From assembly GCA_018819305.1 (NCBI GenBank), contig JAHJQO010000014.1, positions 34,832 through 98,831 of the forward strand: a DNA stretch of 64,000 nucleotides, given 5' to 3'. The first letter of the stretch is position 1; every line of letters begins with the position of its first letter. The position numbers and the translations under genes were made by a program. Under the pieces are notes generated by a model. The model searched no databases, was not told the origin of the DNA, and saw nothing but the letters and a program-made list of their open reading frames with translations. Positions 21,144 through 30,409 of the stretch are shown one piece after another. This DNA is from Nanobdellota archaeon. Its GTDB lineage: Archaea > Nanobdellota > Nanobdellia > Woesearchaeales > SM23-78.

Positions 21144-22463
21144 CTACTCAATTTTTGACAAGCTAATTTCAGGATCAATAAGTGTTAAACTGGGAGTCTC
21201 GCTTATCATATTGTGTGAAAACTCCACTTGTGTTGTTTGAGCATAAGTAAGCTTCTTGTCTTCACTTTGCTTTTGTTTTTGCAACTCTCGCACTCTGATA
21301 ATAATATCATTCAGCACATTCATAAAAGTGATAAAACCTTCATAAGGCGTATCATAGGGATTAAAGTATTTGTGAACATCTCCATCAGAAAACCACTTGA
21401 TGCACATGTAATAGAAGTGGTCACTTGTTGTGAGCTTTCTCCAGTCACTTAATAATGCAGGGTCGCCTGTTTTTTTTACAATAGTCCCAATCTTATAGAG
21501 TTCTTGAGCAGCAGAGTTCTGCAAAGAATTTCCAAGCCATGCACTAAGGTCTCTTTCAACATCGGCCCAAGACATAAAATTATGAATATCAAGCTCTGCC
21601 ACAGAAGGATATTTCTCAGCCGCCTCACTCACTGTTACAAAATCATTATCAGGATGTTTTAAGATTTCTTCAGGCAGTTTTTCCATGAATTCAAAGATTC
21701 CTGTATCTTCCCACTGGTGCTCTCCAAAAGTCTCATAATCCATGAATAAATTGATTAAATGCCCATTTCCATTATTTTCAGATATCCAGCGTCCATATTT
21801 CTCAACTGTTAATGGATGTTCGTTCCATCCTTTGTTGCTAAATCTAAATGCAACATCATCACTAAGCTTGTAGTTCTTTAGCAGAAGTTTCATGTTTTCT
21901 GCTGTTTTAGGAGTATAAATAAAATTTGGGCTTTTCCAGCCGAGAATATGGTCTGCGCCTTCTGCTAAAATCGCATTATAACCCATGCCTTGCACAAAAT
22001 TTGCCAACTCATTATTATAAACCAACTCTGTATTTCTAAAAACTTTTGGCTCCTGATCAAACAAATCTTTTATTTTTTGCTTGTGCATTAATACCTGCTG
22101 TTTGAATTCTTGTTTATCAAAGAGAAATGATAATGAGTGATGATATGTTTCACTTAAAAACTCTACTTGGCCTGTTTTTGCCAGCTCTCTGAATGAATGA
22201 AGCACTTCAGGTGCGTATTTTTCAAATTGTTCAAGAGCAACCCCTGAAATTGAAAAACTCACTTTAAATTTTCCTTCGTGCCTCTTTATGAGTTTGAGAA
22301 GCAGTTTGTTTGTTGGCAAATAGCATTTTTTAGCTACTTTTTTTATTATTTCCTTGTTTTTTTCTTCATCAAAATAATCTGAATTATTACCTATGTCAAA
22401 TACACTGTATTTTTTCAGCCTAAAAGGCTGGTGTACTTGGAAATAAAAACAAACCGATACCAT
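21144..22463 (-). CDS. GH57 alpha-amylase
   Basis: FQVHQP, SETYHHSL, FRNTEL, FMDYETFGEH, SWAD.ERD.SAW, TSDHFYYM. Confidence 0.93.
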   Translation of the reverse strand: MVSVCFYFQVHQPFRLKKYSVFDIGNNSDYFDEEKNKEIIKKVAKKCYLPTNKLLLKLIKRHEGKFKVSFSISGVALEQFEKYAPEVLHSFRELAKTGQVEFLSETYHHSLSFLFDKQEFKQQVLMHKQKIKDLFDQEPKVFRNTELVYNNELANFVQGMGYNAILAEGADHILGWKSPNFIYTPKTAENMKLLLKNYKLSDDVAFRFSNKGWNEHPLTVEKYGRWISENNGNGHLINLFMDYETFGEHQWEDTGIFEFMEKLPEEILKHPDNDFVTVSEAAEKYPSVAELDIHNFMSWADVERDLSAWLGNSLQNSAAQELYKIGTIVKKTGDPALLSDWRKLTTSDHFYYMCIKWFSDGDVHKYFNPYDTPYEGFITFMNVLNDIIIRVRELQKQKQSEDKKLTYAQTTQVEFSHNMISETPSLTLIDPEISLSKIE

Positions 22464-22511
22464 ATTTAATTGTCACCTTTTTTATTGTCTTGTTTATTAT
22501 TTATTATCATA

Positions 22512-23753
22512 TTACCGGTTACCTGCTAGTTCTTTGTAAATATCCATGCATTTTTGTGCGGGTCCTTCCCAAGTCATGTTTCTGACTTCCAAGGCTCCGT
22601 GTTGTTTGATTTGCTGATGTAATGACCTGTAATGTAATAGTGCTAATGTTTTTGCTGCGATATCATTCACATCCCAAAAGTCAACCTTAAGTACATGGTT
22701 AAGGACTTCTGAAACTCCTGACTGTCTTGATATTATTGCTGGTGTTTCCTGCCACATTGCTTCAAGCGGCACCAATCCAAATGGTTCTGATACAGATGGC
22801 ATAACAAACACATCAGCAATCTTGTTAAGCTTTGCAACTTCATCTCGGGATACAAAGCCAGGAAATATGAATTTATTAGCAATACCAATCTCTGCTACGC
22901 GCTCTATCATTCTAGGAAGCATGTCTCCTGTGCCAGCCATTATGAACTTAACATTTTGGTCTTTTTCAAGCACTTTTCTGGCTGCTTCAACAAAATAATC
23001 AGGTCCTTTTTGTAGAGTTATCCTACCAATAAAAAGCACGATTTTGTCTGTTTCTTTTATTTTGCTTGCATCATGGTCTGCGGTTTCATCCATCATCTCT
23101 GCTGCGTTGTGCACAACCCTAATTTTTTCTTCTGGCACACCATAATTGTTCATAAGCCGTTGTTTTACGAAATTACTGACAACAATCACTAAATCTGCTG
23201 CATGCATGCCTTCGCGCTCCATATCATACACTCTCTGGTTAACTCCTGTGCCTCCGGTTTTGTCAAACTCAGTTATATGAACATGAACAATCAATGGCTT
23301 ACCAGATGCTTTTTTTGCTGCTATTGCAGCTGGAAATGTCCAATGATCATGCGCATGAATCACATCAAAATCTTCATTAAATGCAATTAACCTTACTTTT
23401 CTTGCAAATAGCTGAGCTTCTTGAAATACATTTGGACCATACAATGATTTTGAGCGGTCTTTGGATGAAAGTGAAGCAAGGTATTTCTGATAATCTTCCC
23501 CATAACTCTCAGGTGTTGTATAAGCTCCAATCAGTGTTTCAACTTCTTTTAGCTTAAATCTCAGCTTTGGAAATAAGTGGTCTGCTACCATTATTTTCAT
23601 GTAGCCGCTGCATATCATCCGCGGACCAAATGGCATGACATAAGTCACATCAACTCCATGATCACATAGAGCTTTGGTCAGATGATAGCAAACCATTCCT
23701 ACTCCGCCTGCAAAAAAAGGCGGCAATTCCCATCCTAACATTAATACTTTCAA
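22512..23753 (-). CDS. GT4 glycosyltransferase (glycogen synthase-like)
   Basis: MLGWELPPFFAGGVG, IHAHD, GRITLQKG, PSVSEPFGLVPLEAM. Confidence 0.9.
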   Translation of the reverse strand: MKVLMLGWELPPFFAGGVGMVCYHLTKALCDHGVDVTYVMPFGPRMICSGYMKIMVADHLFPKLRFKLKEVETLIGAYTTPESYGEDYQKYLASLSSKDRSKSLYGPNVFQEAQLFARKVRLIAFNEDFDVIHAHDHWTFPAAIAAKKASGKPLIVHVHITEFDKTGGTGVNQRVYDMEREGMHAADLVIVVSNFVKQRLMNNYGVPEEKIRVVHNAAEMMDETADHDASKIKETDKIVLFIGRITLQKGPDYFVEAARKVLEKDQNVKFIMAGTGDMLPRMIERVAEIGIANKFIFPGFVSRDEVAKLNKIADVFVMPSVSEPFGLVPLEAMWQETPAIISRQSGVSEVLNHVLKVDFWDVNDIAAKTLALLHYRSLHQQIKQHGALEVRNMTWEGPAQKCMDIYKELAGNR

Positions 23754-24148
23754 ATTTATTTCTCACCCTCTTTTTCCTGGAAAAAATCTAAAAAAATGAT
23801 TTTTTAATTTATTTTTCTTTTTTGGAAAAATATTCAAAAATCTTTGATTTTTGTTTTGTTTTTATTTGAGTTAATTGTTTTGTTTTAATAGTTTGAATTT
23901 AATAATTAATTAAGTATTTTTCATTGACTTTTTGTTATTTTTTTATTATTTTTATCGACGGTAAAAAATCAGTTATTTTTTTATTTATTTCTTTATTTTA
24001 TTTATTTTTATTCATTATTTATTTATTGTTTATCATGATTTAATTATGGCTTGATTTTTATTTTTCATAGTATTATCTTTAGATTATTTTTTATTAATAT
24101 AGCTCTTTTTTTTAATAATAACTTATTCACCTGCACCCCGAAATCCGA

Positions 24149-24168
24149 TTATTAATAATTATTAATAA
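24149..24168. promoter_or_regulatory. Perfect 20-bp palindrome, candidate operator
   Basis: TTATTAATAATTATTAATAA equals its own reverse complement; lies between the divergent glycogen operon and an HTH regulator. Confidence 0.3.
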
Positions 24169-24293
24169 GATGTATTTATTTCTTTATAAATGTTGTTTAT
24201 ATAGACGACATATAATAATTTTGAAACTTATTAAGTTATTAAATAAAGTAAAATCAAAAGATTTATAAAGAAGAAGAACAAAAAAATTATATC

Positions 24294-24968
24294 GTGGATA
24301 CTGAAGAGTTGTTGTCAAAAAGCAGATGGAAGATTCTCAAAGAGCTAGCTAAAGCACCAAGGTCTGCTGTTGAGATTGCAAAGAAAACAAGCCAGAGTGT
24401 TGCTAATGTCACACAGCAGTTGCAGCTGCTAGAAGCATATCATCTGATTAAAAAGGCAAGTGATGAAAAAGACCCAAAAGAGCATAAACCAGGAAAACCA
24501 AAGACAAGATACTTATTAAGTCAGGAAATACTGCTAACAACAGTGCTAAAGTCTGGAATAGCTGAAAAAAAAGTATTAAAATTCAAAGAGGCAGATGACT
24601 TTCAAAAATTCCTTATAAACCTGTTTTTTATTATTGATCCTGAGTATCACAATCATCTTATTAAGTTCGTTAGCATTACAGATATGATACAAAAAGCAGA
24701 CACAATAGCATATTTGAAATCAGGTGAAAAAGAAATCGAGATAATGATAATCACAGAACACATCAAAGAAGTTAGGGAAAAATACAGCAACATGAATGTT
24801 GTTGGGTTTGATGGCAAAACCAAAAAGATTATAAGCTGGAGTCACAATAAAAAAGAAGTCGAAGAAGGGTTGGAAAGAAAAGAAGAATATTTTATTAATT
24901 TAGTAAAAAACAGCATTGTGCTGCTTGATAAAAAAGACTATTTAGCAGAATTAAAGCAAAAGCTGTAG
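24294..24968 (+). CDS. ArsR-like winged-HTH protein with possibly degenerate nucleotidyltransferase-like C-terminal domain
   Basis: SRWKILKELAKAPRSAVEIAKKTSQSVANVTQQLQLLEAYHLI HTH; GKPKTRY wing. Confidence 0.75.
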   Translation: MDTEELLSKSRWKILKELAKAPRSAVEIAKKTSQSVANVTQQLQLLEAYHLIKKASDEKDPKEHKPGKPKTRYLLSQEILLTTVLKSGIAEKKVLKFKEADDFQKFLINLFFIIDPEYHNHLIKFVSITDMIQKADTIAYLKSGEKEIEIMIITEHIKEVREKYSNMNVVGFDGKTKKIISWSHNKKEVEEGLERKEEYFINLVKNSIVLLDKKDYLAELKQKL

Positions 24969-25007
24969 ATTTTTTGCAAAACTAAGAGGTGGGCGGAGCA
25001 GAATACC

Positions 25008-25292
25008 ATGAATAGGCTTGCAAAGCTCATAGACCGTCTTGATAAAGAAGACTTAGCACTGATTAAAAAAGACCTTGAATTTGGAAATATAGAAAAATTA
25101 ATAAACAAAAAGCTATTAGAAAAAAGAGAGGAATACTCAAATCAGATATGTCCTGTTTGTCAGTCAGACAACATGGAAGAGGGCTTTACATTAATATTTG
25201 GGCCAAAAGGCTTGCGAAAAAAAGCAAGTTTTTGCGCTCTTGATTGCTTGGAATATTTTTTGCAGAAATTAAAAGCTGATAAAAAACAGTGA
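25008..25292 (+). CDS. Small zinc-finger (TRASH/MYM-like) protein
   Basis: CPVC...FCALDC; GAGGTGG SD. Confidence 0.7.
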   Translation: MNRLAKLIDRLDKEDLALIKKDLEFGNIEKLINKKLLEKREEYSNQICPVCQSDNMEEGFTLIFGPKGLRKKASFCALDCLEYFLQKLKADKKQ

Positions 25293-25603
25293 GGAAAAAC
25301 AACATGTGGGAACTTAAAAAAGAATTAGAAATGCGCAAAGAAAACCTGATTTATACTTTGCAAAGCAAAAAAGACTTCTTAGAACTAGAAAAACAACATC
25401 AAATATATGGTGCCATTAAAGAACTTGACCATATTTTAAAACTCTTTGAGAACTATAGAGAAGAGGAAATGCTTACAAAGCACAGAGCCATGGTTCTAAA
25501 CACATCTGAAACACATGAAGAGCCTGTTATGAAAAAAGTAGAAGAAAAAACAAAGAAATTTAAAATTCCTATTAGATTTAAGTTTGCAAAAGACGACGCT
25601 TAG
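25289..25603 (+). CDS. Hypothetical helical protein
   Basis: Operonic with upstream gene; coiled-coil-like. Confidence 0.6.
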   Translation: MRKNNMWELKKELEMRKENLIYTLQSKKDFLELEKQHQIYGAIKELDHILKLFENYREEEMLTKHRAMVLNTSETHEEPVMKKVEEKTKKFKIPIRFKFAKDDA

Positions 25604-25900
25604 CACGCATAAAAATTCTTCCATTGCGGGTTTCTAATTGCCTGTGGCAGACAGAATGTTCTTTATCATTTACTGTAATAAAATTATAAATTCTAGAATT
25701 ATTACTCTCTTGTAATGTTATAAATTCCAATTTTTACCCCTAAACTATGCTAGCAAACACGTATTTGTTTTTAAAGTTTATTGACTAGATATACGGAAAG
25801 GTATGTTAAGAGCGAAAACTATTTATATGATAAAAAAGTCCTTATTTACAGGGGGTGGAGGTAATATTCTCCAATTAGTTAAAAAACTCCTTGGCTAAAA

Positions 25901-26173
25901 ATGGATGAAGCTGAATTTGAAGAACTGATGCGAATACAAAGAATGACCCTTCGCACAGTCACAAATGAAAGTGAGACAGATGATAAAATAAAATTAATGA
26001 ATATAATCAACGATTTAGTTACTGATAAAAACAAAAAAATCCAAAAAGAAAGCATACTTCTAGAAGCCCAAGTTGAAGGCATGGCTGAAACAGAAATTGA
26101 ACGAATTCTTGGGCTTTTGAAAAGTGATAGATTTATAAGAGAAATTGAAGATGGATTCATAATAAGAATTTGA
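25901..26173 (+). CDS. Stand-alone winged-helix protein resembling the MCM C-terminal WH domain
   Basis: IQKESILLEAQVEGMAETEIERILGLLKSDRFIREIEDGFIIRI. Confidence 0.6.
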   Translation: MDEAEFEELMRIQRMTLRTVTNESETDDKIKLMNIINDLVTDKNKKIQKESILLEAQVEGMAETEIERILGLLKSDRFIREIEDGFIIRI

Positions 26174-26193
26174 GCTTAAACTACTGTTCCTGC

Positions 26194-29100
26194 TTATTTC
26201 TTACCAAACCCAAACAAAGTCTGTTGGCTGCTGCCAGCAAGTATGTCATCAAAGGATTGGCCATAGAATCCAAGAACACTGTCTGCCAATGGCTTGATTT
26301 GCTTTTCAATATAATGCTCATAATCTATTTTATGCTTTTGCTTCTGGATTGGCTCAGGACCTGCTGTTGTCATCACATATTCAATCAAAGTTCCATCTAA
26401 TTCTTTGCCAAGCAGCCGCGCTGCTTTGACATGCGGAGGAGTTGTTTTTGTGTATTCTGCAACACCTTTTCTAATTGATTTTCTATAGATTAAGGATTTA
26501 TCATGCTTGCCATTTTTGATTTCTTCAACAATATTTTTTACATATTCTGCTACTTCTTGTTTTTTGAAAATCCTGTCCAAGAGTTCCTGCTGAAATTGTT
26601 TTGCAATATCTGTCCAGTCTTTGCGCACAAATTCAAGCCCTACAAAATCCATCTTTGTCTTGCCTTTTTCATCTTCAATAAAGCCTGCATATCTTTTTTT
26701 GCTGCCTTTTTCAGAATGCCTGGCCATTGGCATTAAGAATCTCTTGTAAACTTTTTCAAATTCCAGCTCAAGATAGTTTTTTCTTTTGTAATCCTTTTGC
26801 GTATGCTCTTCAAAAAACTTGTTCATTATTCTTGCTATTTTGTTGCCTATTTTTTGCGCATCAGCATAGTTATTGACATTGAGATTTACAAAAATTGAAT
26901 CAGTGTTATGAACTAGAACTCCATTAGCAAAAAATCTATGGTTGTCTTTTACTTCCAAATCATAAACATAATCTTTGTATAATATTTCTTCAACCCTTTT
27001 AACACTCGAGATATCAAAATCATACTTCCTTATGGTTCTCTTTTGCTTTGAATTGACAGGTATTTTTTTTAACCTTTTGTTTTTTCTATTTAAAACAAAA
27101 CCAACGAATTTATTATATGAAAGGATATCCCTTACTACGATATGCAAAGAAATTGTATCGCTCTTCACAGAACAGTACTTATTTTTATTTGTTTCAGAGA
27201 AAAACGAACAAGGAATACTTATGAGCTGCAATAATTTCTGAATTTGATTAATAAATTCCTTGTTTGTGTTTGTGAATCTAACTATGGGTGAACCATTCCT
27301 AATCATGACTGTGCCGTCAGCAGAAAAAAGCCCCCTTAAAAAGCTTGCAATATTTTCATTTGATTCATTGAAAATAAATTCAGGAATGCATTTATGTTTA
27401 TCACGTAAAAGATTTTCATTAAAAAAATAAACTATTTTAGTACCATTAATACAAATATCTCCTTTAGGCTTTTTCCAATAATTTCTTATCCAACCTTGAC
27501 TCTTTAGTGGAACAATAACTTTTCTAATAATCTCATTCTGATCCAAGCCTGCTGCTAAATGGAGATAGTAATTTTTCTTTTTCATAGAATCAAAAGAACC
27601 GTCACCAATAAACAACCCCATAAATTCATAAAACTCTTTAGAAAAACCTTTAGTAGTTATCTTTTGATGGGGAACCGATTTTATCGAAACAACACTTTTA
27701 ACATTTTTTCCTAACTCGTTAGGTTTTACTTCAACTAAACGATCCATATCAGAAAGTTTTGCTTTTTTTGATTTGTTAATATATCCAATCAAAGAATGAT
27801 CTTCAGTTACATCAACAAACCAAGAATTTGTAAGATATACCCTGTGCATTTTTTTATTAACTTTGTGTCGCATAACATAAGAAATTGGCTTAAAAACTGA
27901 TTTACCAGAAGAATCAATTGTTAAAACACTGTAAGGAATATTCAAAGAATACGACTTTCCATCAGATGATCTTTTATCAACTTTAAAAAAAATATCTGAA
28001 ATGTTTTTATACAAAACATTACCGTTCGCATCTTGAACAATAACTTCGCTATCAGCAGCAACACTGTCTCCATATATCACTTCATAGCCCATATCTTTGA
28101 CTTTCTGCGCAGTCATCTTTATGAAATGCTGGCCAAAATAAGTGATTGCATTTGAAATATCTCTATTGTGAAACCTGCAGTTGTTGTTGCCTAGCACACC
28201 ATAGAATGAATTCATTAGAATTTTTATTGCGAATCTTGCAAATTCATTTTTTTCTTTTCTTGCTTTTTCTCTTTGCGACCAAAGCCTTTGAATAATTATT
28301 GGCAACAGTCCATCCTGATTCTTAAAACAAGCTCCATTTGGTGCTTTAACAAGATTTTTTCCTTTACAGTCAGCTACAAAGCTCAATGGGTCAATATTAA
28401 ATGTCCTTATTATGCTCGGATACAGACTTTTGAAGTCGCACACAATCACATAATCATATATTCCTGGTTTTGGCTCCATTACAAACCCTCCTAAGCCAGG
28501 TGCTTCATCTGGATTATATGTGGATGTTCCTGCAACATAGTCTTTTTTTCTAAGTTCTTTAAGATAAAGCGAGTCAAGACTTGCAATACTTGCCCTGACA
28601 CGGTCCAATGGCATTCCTGTCAGCAATGAACGCTGGATTGAAAGGCTAAGTGCTGTGCTTTTGTAAAGAATATCATAAGCTAGTTTTGAATCCAGCAGAT
28701 TATAGTCCACCAAAAGCTGCTGGTCTTTTTTATATGCATTTTCAATTTGCTCAAATCTGTTTTTGCCTGTGAAAATCTTTGATGTTCCTAAGAAATGCTG
28801 TGCTGCTGTTTCCAGTTTATAATTTGGCAGTCCAATAAAATTGTTTTTTAGCACCTGAATGCCGTCAAGTATCATTCTGCCTGGAAAGTCAGCTCTTGAA
28901 TCCTGGAAAAATGAATTAAATATTCTTAATGAGCATTTCATGTTTCCTCTGCCCAGCAAGAAAGGTATGTTGTATTTACTAAATTTGTTTTCTAAAAATT
29001 TTAAGTCAAAGTCTATAAGATTCCATCCTGTGATAATGTCGGGATTGACTTTTAGCAATAATTCCTGGAATTTGAAAATCAATTCTTTTTCATCTGCCAC

Positions 29101-29673
29101 ACTGATTGCTTTTTTGAGCTTTTTGTCAGATATAATTATTACTTTTTTAAAATCATCAGTGTAAAGAGAAACAGCATAAATTTGCTTGTGAGTGATGTCG
29201 GTTTCTATGTCTATGGATAAAACTTTTAGGTTTTTAGGTGTATAATCTGCTGGCTTGAGCTCAGGATCTAAATAAACCCTGTCAATTTCTTCTCCTTTTG
29301 CATAATTACCCTCAATTTCAAGGCTTCCCTGAAACCTGTGGTCATACATAAACCTGTATTCAAAGCGAATGTCTGCTTCATAACAGGAAATATTTTGTTC
29401 CAAGAGTTTGTTTCTCAATGGTTTTATTTGTGGAGGAACATGCATTATTATTTTTACAACAGGCTCTTCATCAAAAGTCTTGTATTTGGTTTCCTTGTAA
29501 TCAAACTTTTCAATTTCCAGGGCTGTGTTTAAATCTGATTGTTTTATAAAAAAATAAGGCCTGAACTCATTGATTGTTAAGAAAGATTCTCCATTCTGCA
29601 ATCTGCCAAATAGATATACATAAGCTTTACCATCCTTTATCTTATAAGTAGGATGAACAATAAACCCCTTCAT
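26194..29673 (-). CDS. polB: Family B DNA polymerase (Pol II-like) containing one intein
   Basis: Exonuclease SIDIETD and ITGWNLIDFD; polymerase DFKSLYPSII, KILMNSFYG, YGD^TDS, KKRYAG. Confidence 0.93.
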   Translation of the reverse strand: MKGFIVHPTYKIKDGKAYVYLFGRLQNGESFLTINEFRPYFFIKQSDLNTALEIEKFDYKETKYKTFDEEPVVKIIMHVPPQIKPLRNKLLEQNISCYEADIRFEYRFMYDHRFQGSLEIEGNYAKGEEIDRVYLDPELKPADYTPKNLKVLSIDIETDITHKQIYAVSLYTDDFKKVIIISDKKLKKAISVADEKELIFKFQELLLKVNPDIITGWNLIDFDLKFLENKFSKYNIPFLLGRGNMKCSLRIFNSFFQDSRADFPGRMILDGIQVLKNNFIGLPNYKLETAAQHFLGTSKIFTGKNRFEQIENAYKKDQQLLVDYNLLDSKLAYDILYKSTALSLSIQRSLLTGMPLDRVRASIASLDSLYLKELRKKDYVAGTSTYNPDEAPGLGGFVMEPKPGIYDYVIVCDFKSLYPSIIRTFNIDPLSFVADCKGKNLVKAPNGACFKNQDGLLPIIIQRLWSQREKARKEKNEFARFAIKILMNSFYGVLGNNNCRFHNRDISNAITYFGQHFIKMTAQKVKDMGYEVIYGDSVAADSEVIVQDANGNVLYKNISDIFFKVDKRSSDGKSYSLNIPYSVLTIDSSGKSVFKPISYVMRHKVNKKMHRVYLTNSWFVDVTEDHSLIGYINKSKKAKLSDMDRLVEVKPNELGKNVKSVVSIKSVPHQKITTKGFSKEFYEFMGLFIGDGSFDSMKKKNYYLHLAAGLDQNEIIRKVIVPLKSQGWIRNYWKKPKGDICINGTKIVYFFNENLLRDKHKCIPEFIFNESNENIASFLRGLFSADGTVMIRNGSPIVRFTNTNKEFINQIQKLLQLISIPCSFFSETNKNKYCSVKSDTISLHIVVRDILSYNKFVGFVLNRKNKRLKKIPVNSKQKRTIRKYDFDISSVKRVEEILYKDYVYDLEVKDNHRFFANGVLVHNTDSIFVNLNVNNYADAQKIGNKIARIMNKFFEEHTQKDYKRKNYLELEFEKVYKRFLMPMARHSEKGSKKRYAGFIEDEKGKTKMDFVGLEFVRKDWTDIAKQFQQELLDRIFKKQEVAEYVKNIVEEIKNGKHDKSLIYRKSIRKGVAEYTKTTPPHVKAARLLGKELDGTLIEYVMTTAGPEPIQKQKHKIDYEHYIEKQIKPLADSVLGFYGQSFDDILAGSSQQTLFGFGKK
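26905..28065 (-). mobile_element. Intein (387 aa) with LAGLIDADG homing endonuclease in PolB motif C
   Basis: VIYGD|SVAADSEV...VTEDHSL...FMGLFIGDGS...FLRGLFSADG...VYDLEVKDNHRFFANGVLVHN|TDS. Confidence 0.93.
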
Positions 29674-29779
29674 TACAAAGCGAGAGGCTGGAGAAGTTTA
29701 TATAGTTTTTTAATATATATTTTTAATATAGTTTTTCTCTATAGATTTTTAAGTTAAAATATTTTTTTTAAGTTATATA

Positions 29780-30409
29780 TTATTTCTTGTTTTCAAACTG
29801 CTGTTTCATAGCCTCTCTAAACATTCTTCCCATTGCACCACTCATCATTGCTCCTTTAGTCAGATTATGCATCTCAATTACAAGCTTAGGATTTTTCTTT
29901 TTTTTGCCTATTTCAGATACATAATCACAAATATTGCTAATTGTTCTTTTAGCCTCAACCTCTTTTTCATTAAAGGTATATAACTCAAGGTCTTTAAGAT
30001 AACCAAAGAACTCTTTTTTTTCATTATCATTTAGATTTGCTTTGTGTCTTATTATTTTACCAACTGTCTGGCCTGCTTTTATACCTACATAAGTAGCTAT
30101 TCCTGTTTCAGCAGCAAGAGTTAAGTAAGATAAGGAATTCAGATCTTGATTTGTGTTGACAACACTCACCAAAAAAGCGTTTCCCATTGAAACTGCAGCT
30201 TCTAATTTAGAACGAGCAGAATTTAATTTATCATATTTTTTAATATCATTCTTATCACATTCTTCTGTCTTGTCGCAGTCTTCACATCCTTTATTTGCAT
30301 ATTCTGCTAAATCATGACTAAAACCAATTTTTCTGTCAGTATAAAATCCAAAAGCAAAACCACTGGCAAAACCATAAGCAGCGCCTCCAATTATTCTTTC
30401 AAGAGTCAT
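29780..30409 (-). CDS. Hypothetical protein, last gene of the ubiquitin-like operon
   Basis: 4-bp overlap with upstream gene; Gly/Ala-rich hydrophobic helices; CEDCDKTEEC cluster. Confidence 0.65.
   Translation of the reverse strand: MTLERIIGGAAYGFASGFAFGFYTDRKIGFSHDLAEYANKGCEDCDKTEECDKNDIKKYDKLNSARSKLEAAVSMGNAFLVSVVNTNQDLNSLSYLTLAAETGIATYVGIKAGQTVGKIIRHKANLNDNEKKEFFGYLKDLELYTFNEKEVEAKRTISNICDYVSEIGKKKKNPKLVIEMHNLTKGAMMSGAMGRMFREAMKQQFENKK

Noticed and set aside
23754-24293. Replication origin in the AT-rich intergenic region
   Set aside because: No ORB-like G-string repeats and no cdc6/orc1 gene nearby
25578-25730. 50-codon minus-strand ORF with TTG start and AGGGGT SD
   Set aside because: No recognisable motif and it overlaps the 3' end of the opposite gene; insufficient support
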